This document shows positions 27,182 through 36,872 of a DNA stretch of 56,541 bases, in pieces. This DNA comes from Promethearchaeota archaeon. Its GTDB lineage: Archaea; Asgardarchaeota; Lokiarchaeia; Sigyniarchaeales; SOKP01. The position numbers and the translations under genes were made by a program. The DNA lies in NCBI GenBank assembly GCA_019058245.1, contig JAHPZJ010000031.1, positions 1-56,541 on the forward strand, given 5' to 3'. The notes beneath the pieces were generated by a model that saw nothing but the letters and a program-made list of their open reading frames with translations, had not been told where the DNA came from and did no database searches. The stretch's first letter is position 1; the number at the start of each line of letters is the position of its first letter.

Positions 27182-27667
27182 ATGGACATATTACAAAGAA
27201 TAGAAAAGCTTTTTAAAATACTTTCTGATAAAAAATTTAAAATTTCTGTAGCAGAAAGTTGTACCGGTGGTTTTATTTCTCACATGTTTACTAATATTTC
27301 GGGATCATCAAAAATTTTTGAAAGAGCAATTGTCTGCTATAGTAATCAAGCAAAAATTGATCTGCTAAATGTAGATCCTAGCATTATTGAAAAGTATGGT
27401 GCTGTATCAGAACAAGTAGTTAATTTATTAGCGTATAATATTAGAATTCAATCAAATGTTGATATCGGAATAGGAATTAGTGGTATTGCCGGACCAACTG
27501 GAGGCACTCCAGAAAAGCCAGTAGGACTTGTATTCATAGGATTTTCAACTGAAAAGGAATCAATTATACAGAAGTTTATTTTTAAAACAGACCGTATAAA
27601 TTTTAAAAGAAAAGTATTAGAAAAAATAATTAGTTTTTTAGAGGAATATCTAGTTAATTACTTCTGA
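27182..27667 (+). CDS. pncC: CinA C-terminal domain / NMN deamidase PncC
   Basis: AESCTGG, GSS, YSN.AK, GAVS, SGIAGP.GG..KPVG. ATG at 27182 preferred over the overlapping GTG at 27137. Confidence 0.88.
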   Translation: MDILQRIEKLFKILSDKKFKISVAESCTGGFISHMFTNISGSSKIFERAIVCYSNQAKIDLLNVDPSIIEKYGAVSEQVVNLLAYNIRIQSNVDIGIGISGIAGPTGGTPEKPVGLVFIGFSTEKESIIQKFIFKTDRINFKRKVLEKIISFLEEYLVNYF

Positions 27668-27688
27668 TAACAAAAAGATTTATCAGGT

Positions 27689-28876
27689 TTATTCTTCAAT
27701 TAATATTCCATTTTCCATTATGGTTTTTGTAGAATCATCTTCATATTCAACTTTTATATTAACTTTAGGAGTAGTAACAAAATCCCAATGTAATTGAGAA
27801 GCAGATGTACCACCAAATGATTTATTAGATCCGAAAGCTACATGAACACTACCGTTAATCTTTTCATCTGTGAGAATATATCCAATAGGTTTAGTAATTA
27901 CAGGATTACATCCTATACCAAGTTCAGCAACATTGTAAGTACGTATTTCAGGAACATTGTTAGCCCTATCTATTTTTTCCCTCTGTTTAAAAGCCTCTAC
28001 TAAAGTATCTAAATTTTGGTCCGCAGTTACTTTATCCAGTAGTAATTTACCATTCTTGAAATATAGTTCAATATTTTTTATAATTTTGTTAGAGTATAGT
28101 TCTTTTGTGAGTGGACAAAAAATTTTCCCCTCTCCTTGTTTTTCATGTGGTGGAAAAAATACTTCTCCCGCAGGTAAATTCCCTCCTAAATCACCCAAGG
28201 CAATTTGTTCATCAGAAAGAATCCCATCATCAAGAATTTTAGAACGGTTTTCTATTGAAACCCAAAAATCAGTCCCAAGTTCATCATTAACATATACTTT
28301 TTTAGCATTTTCAAAGAAACGTCCTAAATTTAATGTGATCTTATGTAATTCTTCTGAGGGAATACTCATACCATCGACAATAAATTTTTCAAATAATTTG
28401 TAATCAATATTATAAAATTCAGCAGTTTTTTTCGTAGGCCAGGCCGCATAGACCCACTTTTTTCCTGGAGCATATTTCTCTGTCATTCCATATAAAATAT
28501 TTCTCCGTGGCGCGTCTGATTTTTGAAATGCTTCTAATTTCTCTTTTGGTGCTCTATTACGTATAGATGGATCTTCGAGAAGATCTAATACGATGTAAGC
28601 ATCAATATTTTCAAGCATTTTTAAATATGCTGAGGGTGGTTTTTCTATAGTTTCTACCTTAATTCTGTCATCTTGCCACTTATTTTCCTCAAAATAATCA
28701 CTTACAGACGATATATGTGGAATACCTCCTTCTCTAAGAACACATAAACCTATTTCATCAAGTAAATCATAACAATAGAAACCCCCTCTTATAAGGATAA
28801 ACTCCCCTTCTTTTTTGATGTTTATGCTTTTAACAATATTTTCAGCACATAATTTGATTTTTTCTTTAGGGATCAT
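27689..28876 (-). CDS. Aminopeptidase, M29 (AmpS/T) family
   Basis: GNLPAGEVF, AELGIG.N, DEK..G.VH.AFG, HWD. Confidence 0.9.
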   Translation of the reverse strand: MIPKEKIKLCAENIVKSINIKKEGEFILIRGGFYCYDLLDEIGLCVLREGGIPHISSVSDYFEENKWQDDRIKVETIEKPPSAYLKMLENIDAYIVLDLLEDPSIRNRAPKEKLEAFQKSDAPRRNILYGMTEKYAPGKKWVYAAWPTKKTAEFYNIDYKLFEKFIVDGMSIPSEELHKITLNLGRFFENAKKVYVNDELGTDFWVSIENRSKILDDGILSDEQIALGDLGGNLPAGEVFFPPHEKQGEGKIFCPLTKELYSNKIIKNIELYFKNGKLLLDKVTADQNLDTLVEAFKQREKIDRANNVPEIRTYNVAELGIGCNPVITKPIGYILTDEKINGSVHVAFGSNKSFGGTSASQLHWDFVTTPKVNIKVEYEDDSTKTIMENGILIEE

Positions 28877-29051
28877 AATATCTCAAATAATTTATTAATA
28901 AAAATTGTTTTTGGTAAGTTTAAATTAAAACCAAAAAGTAAGAGAACAAAAGCATTTATTATTAAAAGTTGTTATATTAAAAATATTAAACTAGTTGTTA
29001 TATTAAACTATTATTCTAAATATCTCAAAAGCGTACATAAAATTCTCAATT

Positions 29052-29513
29052 ATGGTTGTTCGAGAAGCTGGTCTATTATTTAGGGGATATACTTTAATAA
29101 AAAAAAGTTACCACAAATCTACAAAAGGAAAAATAGATACAGACCTAAGGAGTGGATTGCTTACTGCCATATTGAACTTCGCTCAAACTACTTTTTCAAA
29201 AGATGTCATAGAATATTTTGAAGGTAAGAAATTTCTTATAGCATTTACAGAAGACAAAATTATTGCTGAAGATAGTTTTGAACCTGAGCTTTTAGTTTCA
29301 TATGTTATTTTGGATAAAGAGAAAAAAATTGAAAAATATATGAGGAAAATTATTCAACCATTATTGAAAAAAATAACTCAAGAATTTAAATCACTAAATT
29401 CAGGAAAAAATTTATCGGAAGTTTCACAATTTAAAAATTTTAAACTATATCTAGATGAAATTTTTGGTTCTGATACAAATACTATTGATGAGAAATTTAA
29501 GAAAATATTTTAA
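29052..29513 (+). CDS. Longin-like domain protein
   Basis: DTDLRSGLLTAILNFA pattern; apparent paralog of 49483-49941. Confidence 0.6.
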   Translation: MVVREAGLLFRGYTLIKKSYHKSTKGKIDTDLRSGLLTAILNFAQTTFSKDVIEYFEGKKFLIAFTEDKIIAEDSFEPELLVSYVILDKEKKIEKYMRKIIQPLLKKITQEFKSLNSGKNLSEVSQFKNFKLYLDEIFGSDTNTIDEKFKKIF

Positions 29514-29553
29514 TTAATTTAGCTTATTCAGGAAATATTCTCAATGTACATGA

Positions 29554-30498
29554 TTATTTTTGCATATTCTTCAAATACCATAAAATTATTGGTAAAACAA
29601 TAGTTGCATCTGATATCACAGTGCAATATTTTGCTTTCTCATTAACTTTACCCCATGAAATTGCCTCTCTCAAACTTGCACCACTTAATCCACCAGGTTC
29701 TGGGCGATCCATGGTGACTTGGATGGCATAAGCGGCAGAAGTGGGGCAAAATTGTAATGATTGCATAATAAAGTTTTTTGGAACACCGCCTCCTATAATA
29801 CATACACCTGCCTTCTTAGCATCCCATGCTAAGTTTACCATTGCTAACATATCTTTAAAATGATTCAAGTTCAAATTTTGGTGATGAAATCCTAATTGGA
29901 TAGCTAATCCTGAATCAGTAAATGCGGGACAGAAAATTGGTATCTCTTTTTCAGCACATATTCTAAGAATGGAATGAGATGTTTTCGGTAATCGTTCTCC
30001 AAGAAATTTTAGAAATGAACTCACAGTCATTTGATTATCTGGTATACTTAATTTAGAAATAAAATCTTCTATACCTTCATATACCTTATTTGGCATGAAT
30101 ATATCATATATCCTATTTATATCCGCATTATGTAAATATCGATCATCAATATCATCTATATTTATATTTCCTTGTAAATGATGATATCCTAAGGCTTCAG
30201 CGACATCATGCGTCAAATTTGCGCCTGTCGTTACTAAAATATCTATAAAACCTTCCTTTAGGAAATCGAAAATAATTCTTTGTAATCCTACTGGAACCAT
30301 AGCTCCAGCTAATCCAAAAAATTTAGTACACTCATGATTATTTATCATTTCACCATAAATTTCACAAGCTATTGCTAATCTTTTTGCATTAAATCCTGTT
30401 TTTTTCAATGAATTAATTAAATCAATGATATTAGTTTCCTTTTTGATTTCATATTGCTCAACTTTTCGTAATAACTTTTCAAAATCTTTTTCTGGCAT
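29554..30498 (-). CDS. dys: Deoxyhypusine synthase
   Basis: TGANLTHD, PAFTDS, GGGVPKN, GGLSGA...EAISWGK, DAT. Confidence 0.93.
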   Translation of the reverse strand: MPEKDFEKLLRKVEQYEIKKETNIIDLINSLKKTGFNAKRLAIACEIYGEMINNHECTKFFGLAGAMVPVGLQRIIFDFLKEGFIDILVTTGANLTHDVAEALGYHHLQGNINIDDIDDRYLHNADINRIYDIFMPNKVYEGIEDFISKLSIPDNQMTVSSFLKFLGERLPKTSHSILRICAEKEIPIFCPAFTDSGLAIQLGFHHQNLNLNHFKDMLAMVNLAWDAKKAGVCIIGGGVPKNFIMQSLQFCPTSAAYAIQVTMDRPEPGGLSGASLREAISWGKVNEKAKYCTVISDATIVLPIILWYLKNMQK

Positions 30499-30510
30499 TT
30501 ACATCATATC

Positions 30511-31410
30511 TTATTTTTTACTTGAGATGAAGGAAATTAGCTCGGCAATTAATTTCGCTGCTAAATTACAAGTCATTTTATTTTTTAAATCTAAATTAGG
30601 TGCAACCTCAACTAAATCAAAACCTATTATTTTAAAATTTTTTGAAATGTCTTTTAATATTTTCCATATTTCTCTATAGGAAAAACCTCCTGGAATGGCA
30701 TAACCTGTACCAGGAGCAATAGAAGGATCCAATGCATCAATATCTATCGAAACATAAAGATAATTTATATTAGATTTTTTAAAGAAATCTATAATTTTCA
30801 TTATGTAATTATCTAGTCCTTCTATTAATTGATAAGCACTAAGATATTTAATATCTTCAGCATTTGCTAATTCTAACTCCGGGATATCGATATCTCTAGT
30901 TCCAGCTATAAGGAGATTTTTATTATTTATATATTCAAAATCATAAATTCTATGAGAAATTGTAGCATGAGAATAAACTCCCTTATCCCATTCTTGATAA
31001 AAGTCCAGATGTGAATCAAATATTAATACACCAAATTCTTCTTTCTTTACAAAATGATCTCCAATAGATTTTATTACAGGATAAGAGCAAAAATGATCAC
31101 CGCCAATCATAATAGGTATTAGATTCTCATTTTTTTTATATATCTCTTCAATGAAATTCTTAATCGTTTTGAGATTTTTTTCTATATTAACTTTTTCAAT
31201 CGTTACATCTCCAATATCGACAACTTTAAATTTATTTATATGAAAACCTAGTTCTGTTGTCCATCCAATATCATTTGTTACATCTCTGATGATTTTTGGT
31301 GCAATTGAAGAGTTGGGTAAATCTGTTGATGTTAGATAATCCCATGGTATACCAAAAATAACAAATTGGGTATCTTCTTTAATATCATTATCAAAATCAA
31401 AAAATTTCAT
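30511..31410 (-). CDS. speB: Agmatinase (ureohydrolase)
   Basis: GGDH, DSHLD, SHAT, SIDIDALDP..APGTG...PGG, EVAP. Confidence 0.88.
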   Translation of the reverse strand: MKFFDFDNDIKEDTQFVIFGIPWDYLTSTDLPNSSIAPKIIRDVTNDIGWTTELGFHINKFKVVDIGDVTIEKVNIEKNLKTIKNFIEEIYKKNENLIPIMIGGDHFCSYPVIKSIGDHFVKKEEFGVLIFDSHLDFYQEWDKGVYSHATISHRIYDFEYINNKNLLIAGTRDIDIPELELANAEDIKYLSAYQLIEGLDNYIMKIIDFFKKSNINYLYVSIDIDALDPSIAPGTGYAIPGGFSYREIWKILKDISKNFKIIGFDLVEVAPNLDLKNKMTCNLAAKLIAELISFISSKK

Positions 31411-31438
31411 TTTCTATTTACTTTTTAAAATTTTTTTC

Positions 31439-33148
31439 TTACATTTTATCTAATGTTTTAATTCCTAAGATATCTAATCCTGTCTTAATGACAATTTGTA
31501 CACAATATATAAGTAATAATCTTGCCTTTTCTAATTCTTTATTATTAGATATAACTTGACAAGATGTATAAAATGAATTAAATGCTTGACATAAAGAGAG
31601 AAGATATTGAGGAATTAAATGAATACTATAGGTGTTTTCGGCTGTATCAATTATTTCAGGGAAATAAACTAATTGTTTTATTAAAAATTTTTCTTTTTCA
31701 TGAGATAGTAAGTCCCAATTGATATCTGTAGTTATCTTTTCTCTTGATTTTGATATTATTGAAACAATCCTAGCATAACAATATTGAATATAAGGACCTG
31801 TTTCACCCTCAAAAGATATACTTTCATCTGGTTTGAATACAAAACCCTTTATTGGATTATATTTGAGAAGATAAAATATCACTGAAGCTAATCCAATGAT
31901 CTCTGCTCTTCTTTTCTTTTCATCATTCTCTAATTCAGGATACCTTTTATTTACCTCAATAAGAGCAAGATTTTCGACTTCTTCAATCACATCATCAGCA
32001 TCAACCACAGTACCTTCTCTACTTTTCATTTTACCACTAGGTAAACTAATCATTCCATATGAAAGATGATAATTATCTTCTTTGAACCCTAAAAGATCTA
32101 ATATTGCAAAAAGCCATTTAAAATGCTGTATCTGTGGATCGCCGACAATGTAAATTGATCTATCATAATTAAAATCTTCTTTCTTTTTATATGCTAAGTA
32201 TATATCCTGAGTTATATAAATAGAAGTTCCGTCGCTTCTAATCAAAATTTTATCATCAAGATTATATTTCTCTTTTAATTTTGCAATTATAGCGCCATCT
32301 TTAGTTTTTTCAAAAAGGCCTTTTTCCAATCCATTTAAAATTTTTTCTTTTCCTTTTAGATATAATTCAGATTCATAATACTCCTTATCAAATTTAATAC
32401 CAAATTTATTATAAGTTGTCTTAAATCCCTCAATTGCCCATTTATTCATCTTTTTCCATAAATCTATAACTTCTTGATCTCCCATCTCCCAAGATCTTAA
32501 TAAATCTTGGGCTTCTTTATCTAAATTAGAATCTTTTTTAGATTTCTCATTATAAAGTACATAATAATCGCCAACAAAATGATCACTTTTCTTATTTGGT
32601 TCTTTATCATGTCCCCATTTTTTATATGCAAGCATACTCTTACAAATATGAATTCCACGATCATTATTTAAGTTGACTTGAAAAACATCGTGTTGTTTAT
32701 ATTCCAATAAATTAGATAGAGACTTTCCAATAACCATATTTCTCACATGACCAAAATGGAGTGGCTTGTTAGTATTAGGAGAGGGATATTCAACTACTAT
32801 TCTTAATTTATCCATTTTTTCTGAAATTTCTCTTATCCTACCATAATCATACTTAAATTCAAAAATATTTTCTAAAACTGGTCTTTGTTTAATTGTAAAA
32901 TTTAAATATGGACCTTCTGCATTAATGCTCTCTATAAACTCGATTGGTTTAATCTTCTCTTTTAATTCTTGAGTTATCAAATCTGGTGACTTTTTTAGAA
33001 TTTTTGAAAGTTTGAAACAAGGGAATGCGTAATTATACTCAAAATCAGGAGGCGGGGTCTCTATTAATGATTCAATTTGTTTTAAACTAAGATCTGAAAT
33101 ATATTCCTCTAGAATTTTAGCTATTGATTTTTTATCTATAATTTCCAT
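31439..33148 (-). CDS. argS: Arginyl-tRNA synthetase
   Basis: EYPSPNTNKPLHFGHVRN, RSDGTSIYITQD, KMKSREG, GPYIQY. Confidence 0.96.
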   Translation of the reverse strand: MEIIDKKSIAKILEEYISDLSLKQIESLIETPPPDFEYNYAFPCFKLSKILKKSPDLITQELKEKIKPIEFIESINAEGPYLNFTIKQRPVLENIFEFKYDYGRIREISEKMDKLRIVVEYPSPNTNKPLHFGHVRNMVIGKSLSNLLEYKQHDVFQVNLNNDRGIHICKSMLAYKKWGHDKEPNKKSDHFVGDYYVLYNEKSKKDSNLDKEAQDLLRSWEMGDQEVIDLWKKMNKWAIEGFKTTYNKFGIKFDKEYYESELYLKGKEKILNGLEKGLFEKTKDGAIIAKLKEKYNLDDKILIRSDGTSIYITQDIYLAYKKKEDFNYDRSIYIVGDPQIQHFKWLFAILDLLGFKEDNYHLSYGMISLPSGKMKSREGTVVDADDVIEEVENLALIEVNKRYPELENDEKKRRAEIIGLASVIFYLLKYNPIKGFVFKPDESISFEGETGPYIQYCYARIVSIISKSREKITTDINWDLLSHEKEKFLIKQLVYFPEIIDTAENTYSIHLIPQYLLSLCQAFNSFYTSCQVISNNKELEKARLLLIYCVQIVIKTGLDILGIKTLDKM

Positions 33149-33388
33149 TTTAAGGATCAGAGTAAAATCTAAAACTTTTATTTCTACATTAAATGATAGT
33201 TTTATCTGTTTTGATAATTATATCCAAAATAGCTCATAAAATTTATGTAAATGAATTGAAGTTTTACATTATCTTTAAAATTAAGATTAAATAATATAAA
33301 CTTTATATTTTAATAAAAAAAAGGTTAAAATTTTTTAAGAAAGAATATAATTAAATTTCTAGATATCATAAAATCGGTTATTGGGAAT

Positions 33389-33736
33389 ATGATGACAGAA
33401 AAAAAAGACAATTTCGTATTGAAATGGAATGATGATTCTGGGCTATTTTTACCCGTTGAATCTGATGCAGATATGAATGAAGGGATTTTCTTAGAGCTCG
33501 TTAACGAAAATAAATGGAGATATTTTTATATTAAGGGTGCTTCATTAATATCTAGACGTACAGCACTTAGAGCTGCAAGCGGCATATCAAAAACGGGATA
33601 TGTTCACCCAAAAACAAACATTCGATATGGTGTGAAATGTGAACTTAAAGAAGAGATATCTCCATATGAGGATATGCCTGATACTCTTAGAAAATCCCAA
33701 AGATCATGGTATAAAGGAGAATATAAACAATATTAA
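33389..33736 (+). CDS. Hypothetical protein (possible divergent gelsolin-like fold)
   Basis: 115-aa ORF; W..Y..GAS...RR.A.R.A segment loosely resembles Asgard gelsolin-like domains. Confidence 0.5.
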   Translation: MMTEKKDNFVLKWNDDSGLFLPVESDADMNEGIFLELVNENKWRYFYIKGASLISRRTALRAASGISKTGYVHPKTNIRYGVKCELKEEISPYEDMPDTLRKSQRSWYKGEYKQY

Positions 33737-33821
33737 GAAAATCATTTTTTAATTCTTGTTCTTGCACTTCTCTTAAAAATTTATGACTCTAAAATTATTA
33801 AAGTCTTATTTAATCATTTTA

Positions 33822-34625
33822 TTATGTTATGATATGAGATTTTTCAATTTTTTCGTCTTTTGAAATCCAATTTTTAAGAATTCTCTCTTTTATTTTTGGC
33901 AATATTTTATCAAAAAATATATATAAATAAGGAACCCCTTGATTGGTCAAAATTAATGAATCATATAATAATAATTCAAATCCAGATGGTCTTATTCGAG
34001 TAATCAATAAGTATGATTCCATCATAAATGATAGCATAAAACCAGTCCAAAAGATGAATAGGATTGTTTTATAGTCATATCTTAAAAAAATAAGTAATAA
34101 AAATCCACATATAACGGTAATAATTTCTACTATTCTTAAGTTACGCATATGCCTAATAGTAGTTATTTCTAAATCTAATAATGGTAAAAATTGCGACAAA
34201 CTTGCAGTTATTAGCCAACCGCTATACACAAATACAGTCCATAAAATATTCTCTCTGAAATTATTCCTTTCAAACATTATCATTACCCAACTAAAGGCTA
34301 TAAAACCATAAGAAAAATCCATCATGAAATCTACAATAAATTTATATTCTGGAGGTTTTATTTCACGAACTCCTGTGTTCCACCAAATAATACCATCTAT
34401 TATTAAAAAAAGTATTCCACATATTAATCCTACATAAATTGGAATTTTTTTTTTCTTAATAATCAAAACAGTAAGAAAAATTAAGAAGAAAATTAAATCA
34501 AAAATAAGATAATCAAGATCAAAATTCCTTATTATATCATAAGTAATCTGTAACAAAAAAATCATCCATAAAAATATCCCACCAATTGTTTTATTTAAAT
34601 TAATGATTGTTTTAATATTTTTCAA
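33822..34625 (-). CDS. Multi-pass membrane protein
   Basis: About 8 hydrophobic segments. Confidence 0.7.
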   Translation of the reverse strand: MKNIKTIINLNKTIGGIFLWMIFLLQITYDIIRNFDLDYLIFDLIFFLIFLTVLIIKKKKIPIYVGLICGILFLIIDGIIWWNTGVREIKPPEYKFIVDFMMDFSYGFIAFSWVMIMFERNNFRENILWTVFVYSGWLITASLSQFLPLLDLEITTIRHMRNLRIVEIITVICGFLLLIFLRYDYKTILFIFWTGFMLSFMMESYLLITRIRPSGFELLLYDSLILTNQGVPYLYIFFDKILPKIKERILKNWISKDEKIEKSHIIT

Positions 34626-35230
34626 TGATTTTTTGTTACTGCTTTAAATAAGATTTTAGTATGAAACACGACTGTAAGAATCTCTGTTAAATATCTTTAA
34701 TCAACAGTCCATTAATTCATAGTTCCGAATATTTATTTCAGAATATTTTTTCAATGCTTCCTATTGTTCATTTGAAGTTCTGAAATAAATAAATATAGAA
34801 ATATCTAATTTAAAATAAAAGTCTCATACTAGGGATGATACTTCTTCAACATTACACTTCAATTAGCCCCAGATTATTTAATAAAAGCTTTTATTTCAGG
34901 TGATTTAATTTTAAATTAATTCAATCAATTTGTTTTTTATATTATAATAATTATAAACTAGTTAAATAAAATTAAAAATAATAAAATTAAGCAAATCAAC
35001 TATTTAAATAAACAAATCTATAAATAACATATAAAAATTTTTAAAAAGATATTATATCTTTTTAATATAAAACCTCAAAATATTTTATATAAATTAAAAA
35101 ATTATAAATTATAGAAATCGTAATAGAGATTAACTTATATAAACTAGAATTCTCACTATAAGAAGCAAAAATACAAAAAAAATCCTTTCAAATCATAAAA
35201 CCTATTAACTAAGGGAGGTAACTACTTAAA

Positions 35231-35761
35231 TTGTATGACGCAACATATAAAATTGTGATCTTCGGAGATGCAGGTTGCGGTAAAACTACATTAACTCAAA
35301 GATTTTTAACAAATTTATTTAAGTCAGATTCAAAAATGACTATAGGCGTTGATTTCGAAGTTAAAAGTCTGGAAATTGATGGGAAAAAAATAAAACTCCA
35401 AATCTGGGATTTTGGTGGAGAAGAACGATTTCGATTTTTATTACCAACTTATGTTCGGGGGGCTAATGGTGCTCTATTCATGTATGATGTTACCAACTAT
35501 AGTTCATTAGCTCATATTGATGATTGGCTTATGGTGATTAGAAGGGAACTTAGAGCAGAAGATCAATTTCCAATAATTGTAGTCGGCGGAAAAGCAGATC
35601 TTGTGGGTGAGCGTGAAGTAACGGGAGAAGAGGGTATTAATATAGCCAAATCTAGGGTTGTGGATGGTTTTATTGAATGTAGCTCAAAAACAGGTGAGAA
35701 TGTTGAGGAAACATTCGAAGCTCTTGCTCGATTAATGTTGCAAAAGTCTAACTTACTATAA
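35231..35761 (+). CDS. Rab-like small GTPase with deviant G3/G4 motifs
   Basis: GDAGCGKT, TIGVDF, WDFGGEERF, GGKAD, ECSSK. SD AAGGGAGGT upstream of the TTG start. Confidence 0.93.
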   Translation: MYDATYKIVIFGDAGCGKTTLTQRFLTNLFKSDSKMTIGVDFEVKSLEIDGKKIKLQIWDFGGEERFRFLLPTYVRGANGALFMYDVTNYSSLAHIDDWLMVIRRELRAEDQFPIIVVGGKADLVGEREVTGEEGINIAKSRVVDGFIECSSKTGENVEETFEALARLMLQKSNLL

Positions 35762-35839
35762 TAAAAGAGTATTTTTCTATATTAAAAATCATTAAAAGAA
35801 AATAAGTACGACTTTTGTAAAACACTAAATTATGAATTA

Positions 35840-36769
35840 TTACTCTTCCTTTTCTATTGCTAATCTTTGCTTGAGTCTTATATCTTGTCTTCTTTTTGAA
35901 ACCATAATTTGAAAATCTAAATCTTTTTTAAAAGTATCGGCATATTGTAAAATTTCTTTGGAAACGTGATTTTCAATAATTTCATTTGTAATCTTAATCC
36001 CTCCAAAAATTGGTATTTCTGAAAATTTTTCAATTACATTTTCCAATAAATCTTCTGGTAATACATCTGATCTATCTTTTACTGCATCAGAAATTAATTC
36101 TCCTAATTTTTTATAGATTTCTCTTTTACTAAACTGACAAAGTACGCACTTTAAACTTCGATTTTTAAAGATATTTAGAATAATTAATCCAGTAATAAAT
36201 TTAAAATTTCGAATTAAGAGATCTTCATCCTTGTGACTATAAACATTATCATAATGTTTTACATAATTCTTAGTGTTCATATATAACTTGGAAAATGTCC
36301 TTGCTCTATCGAAATAAGCGGGAACTATGCAAAAGATACGAGTAAACCAAAAGGGATTTATATCTAAAGGGGGGTCTTCATAAAATATATAATAAACCAC
36401 CCTCCCATCTCGTTCTTTATATAAGGTAGATTCATTTTTTAGCATATTTAAATACGTTGAAATTGTTGTACGAGCAATTTCTTTAAAATATCGTCTATAT
36501 TCATCCTCTACTTCTCCTGTTGTTATTTTTTTTTTTCCTTCTAAATAAAATTTTAAAAGAATACCTAAGATACGATTCTCATGAAGTCGACCAGTTTTTA
36601 TTTGTAGCTCTTCTGATTCATCTTCTCTGATTTGGTACAAGTATGCAATTTCTGGGGCAACCTCTTGAATGACTTTATCTATTAATTTAAGTTCAGTATC
36701 TTTAATTTCTGATCTTTCTAACTTTGCTCCTTCAATTAGAAGTTTCTCTAAATCTGTTCTTTCAGACAA
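35840..36769 (-). CDS. Winged-helix domain protein, putative regulator
   Basis: TTGEV...IARTTISTYLNML......RDGRVVYY wHTH-like segment. Confidence 0.6.
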   Translation of the reverse strand: MSERTDLEKLLIEGAKLERSEIKDTELKLIDKVIQEVAPEIAYLYQIREDESEELQIKTGRLHENRILGILLKFYLEGKKKITTGEVEDEYRRYFKEIARTTISTYLNMLKNESTLYKERDGRVVYYIFYEDPPLDINPFWFTRIFCIVPAYFDRARTFSKLYMNTKNYVKHYDNVYSHKDEDLLIRNFKFITGLIILNIFKNRSLKCVLCQFSKREIYKKLGELISDAVKDRSDVLPEDLLENVIEKFSEIPIFGGIKITNEIIENHVSKEILQYADTFKKDLDFQIMVSKRRQDIRLKQRLAIEKEE

Positions 36770-36872
36770 TACTAAATAGCTCCCTTAATAAAAATATTTT
36801 TTTCTTAAATATTACATTATTAAAATATCATTAATATTTTAATAAAATTTTTATTTAAGAATTATATTATAG

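Noticed and set aside
33149-33388. Search for an Arg-rich leader peptide upstream of argS
   Set aside because: The only short ATG ORF found (MSYFGYNYQNR*) has a single Arg; no control-codon cluster.
34730-34791. Possible eukaryote-like SECIS (AUGA...GA on the minus strand)
   Set aside because: The helix above the putative GA quartet is only ~4 bp, and no adjacent gene has an in-frame UGA.
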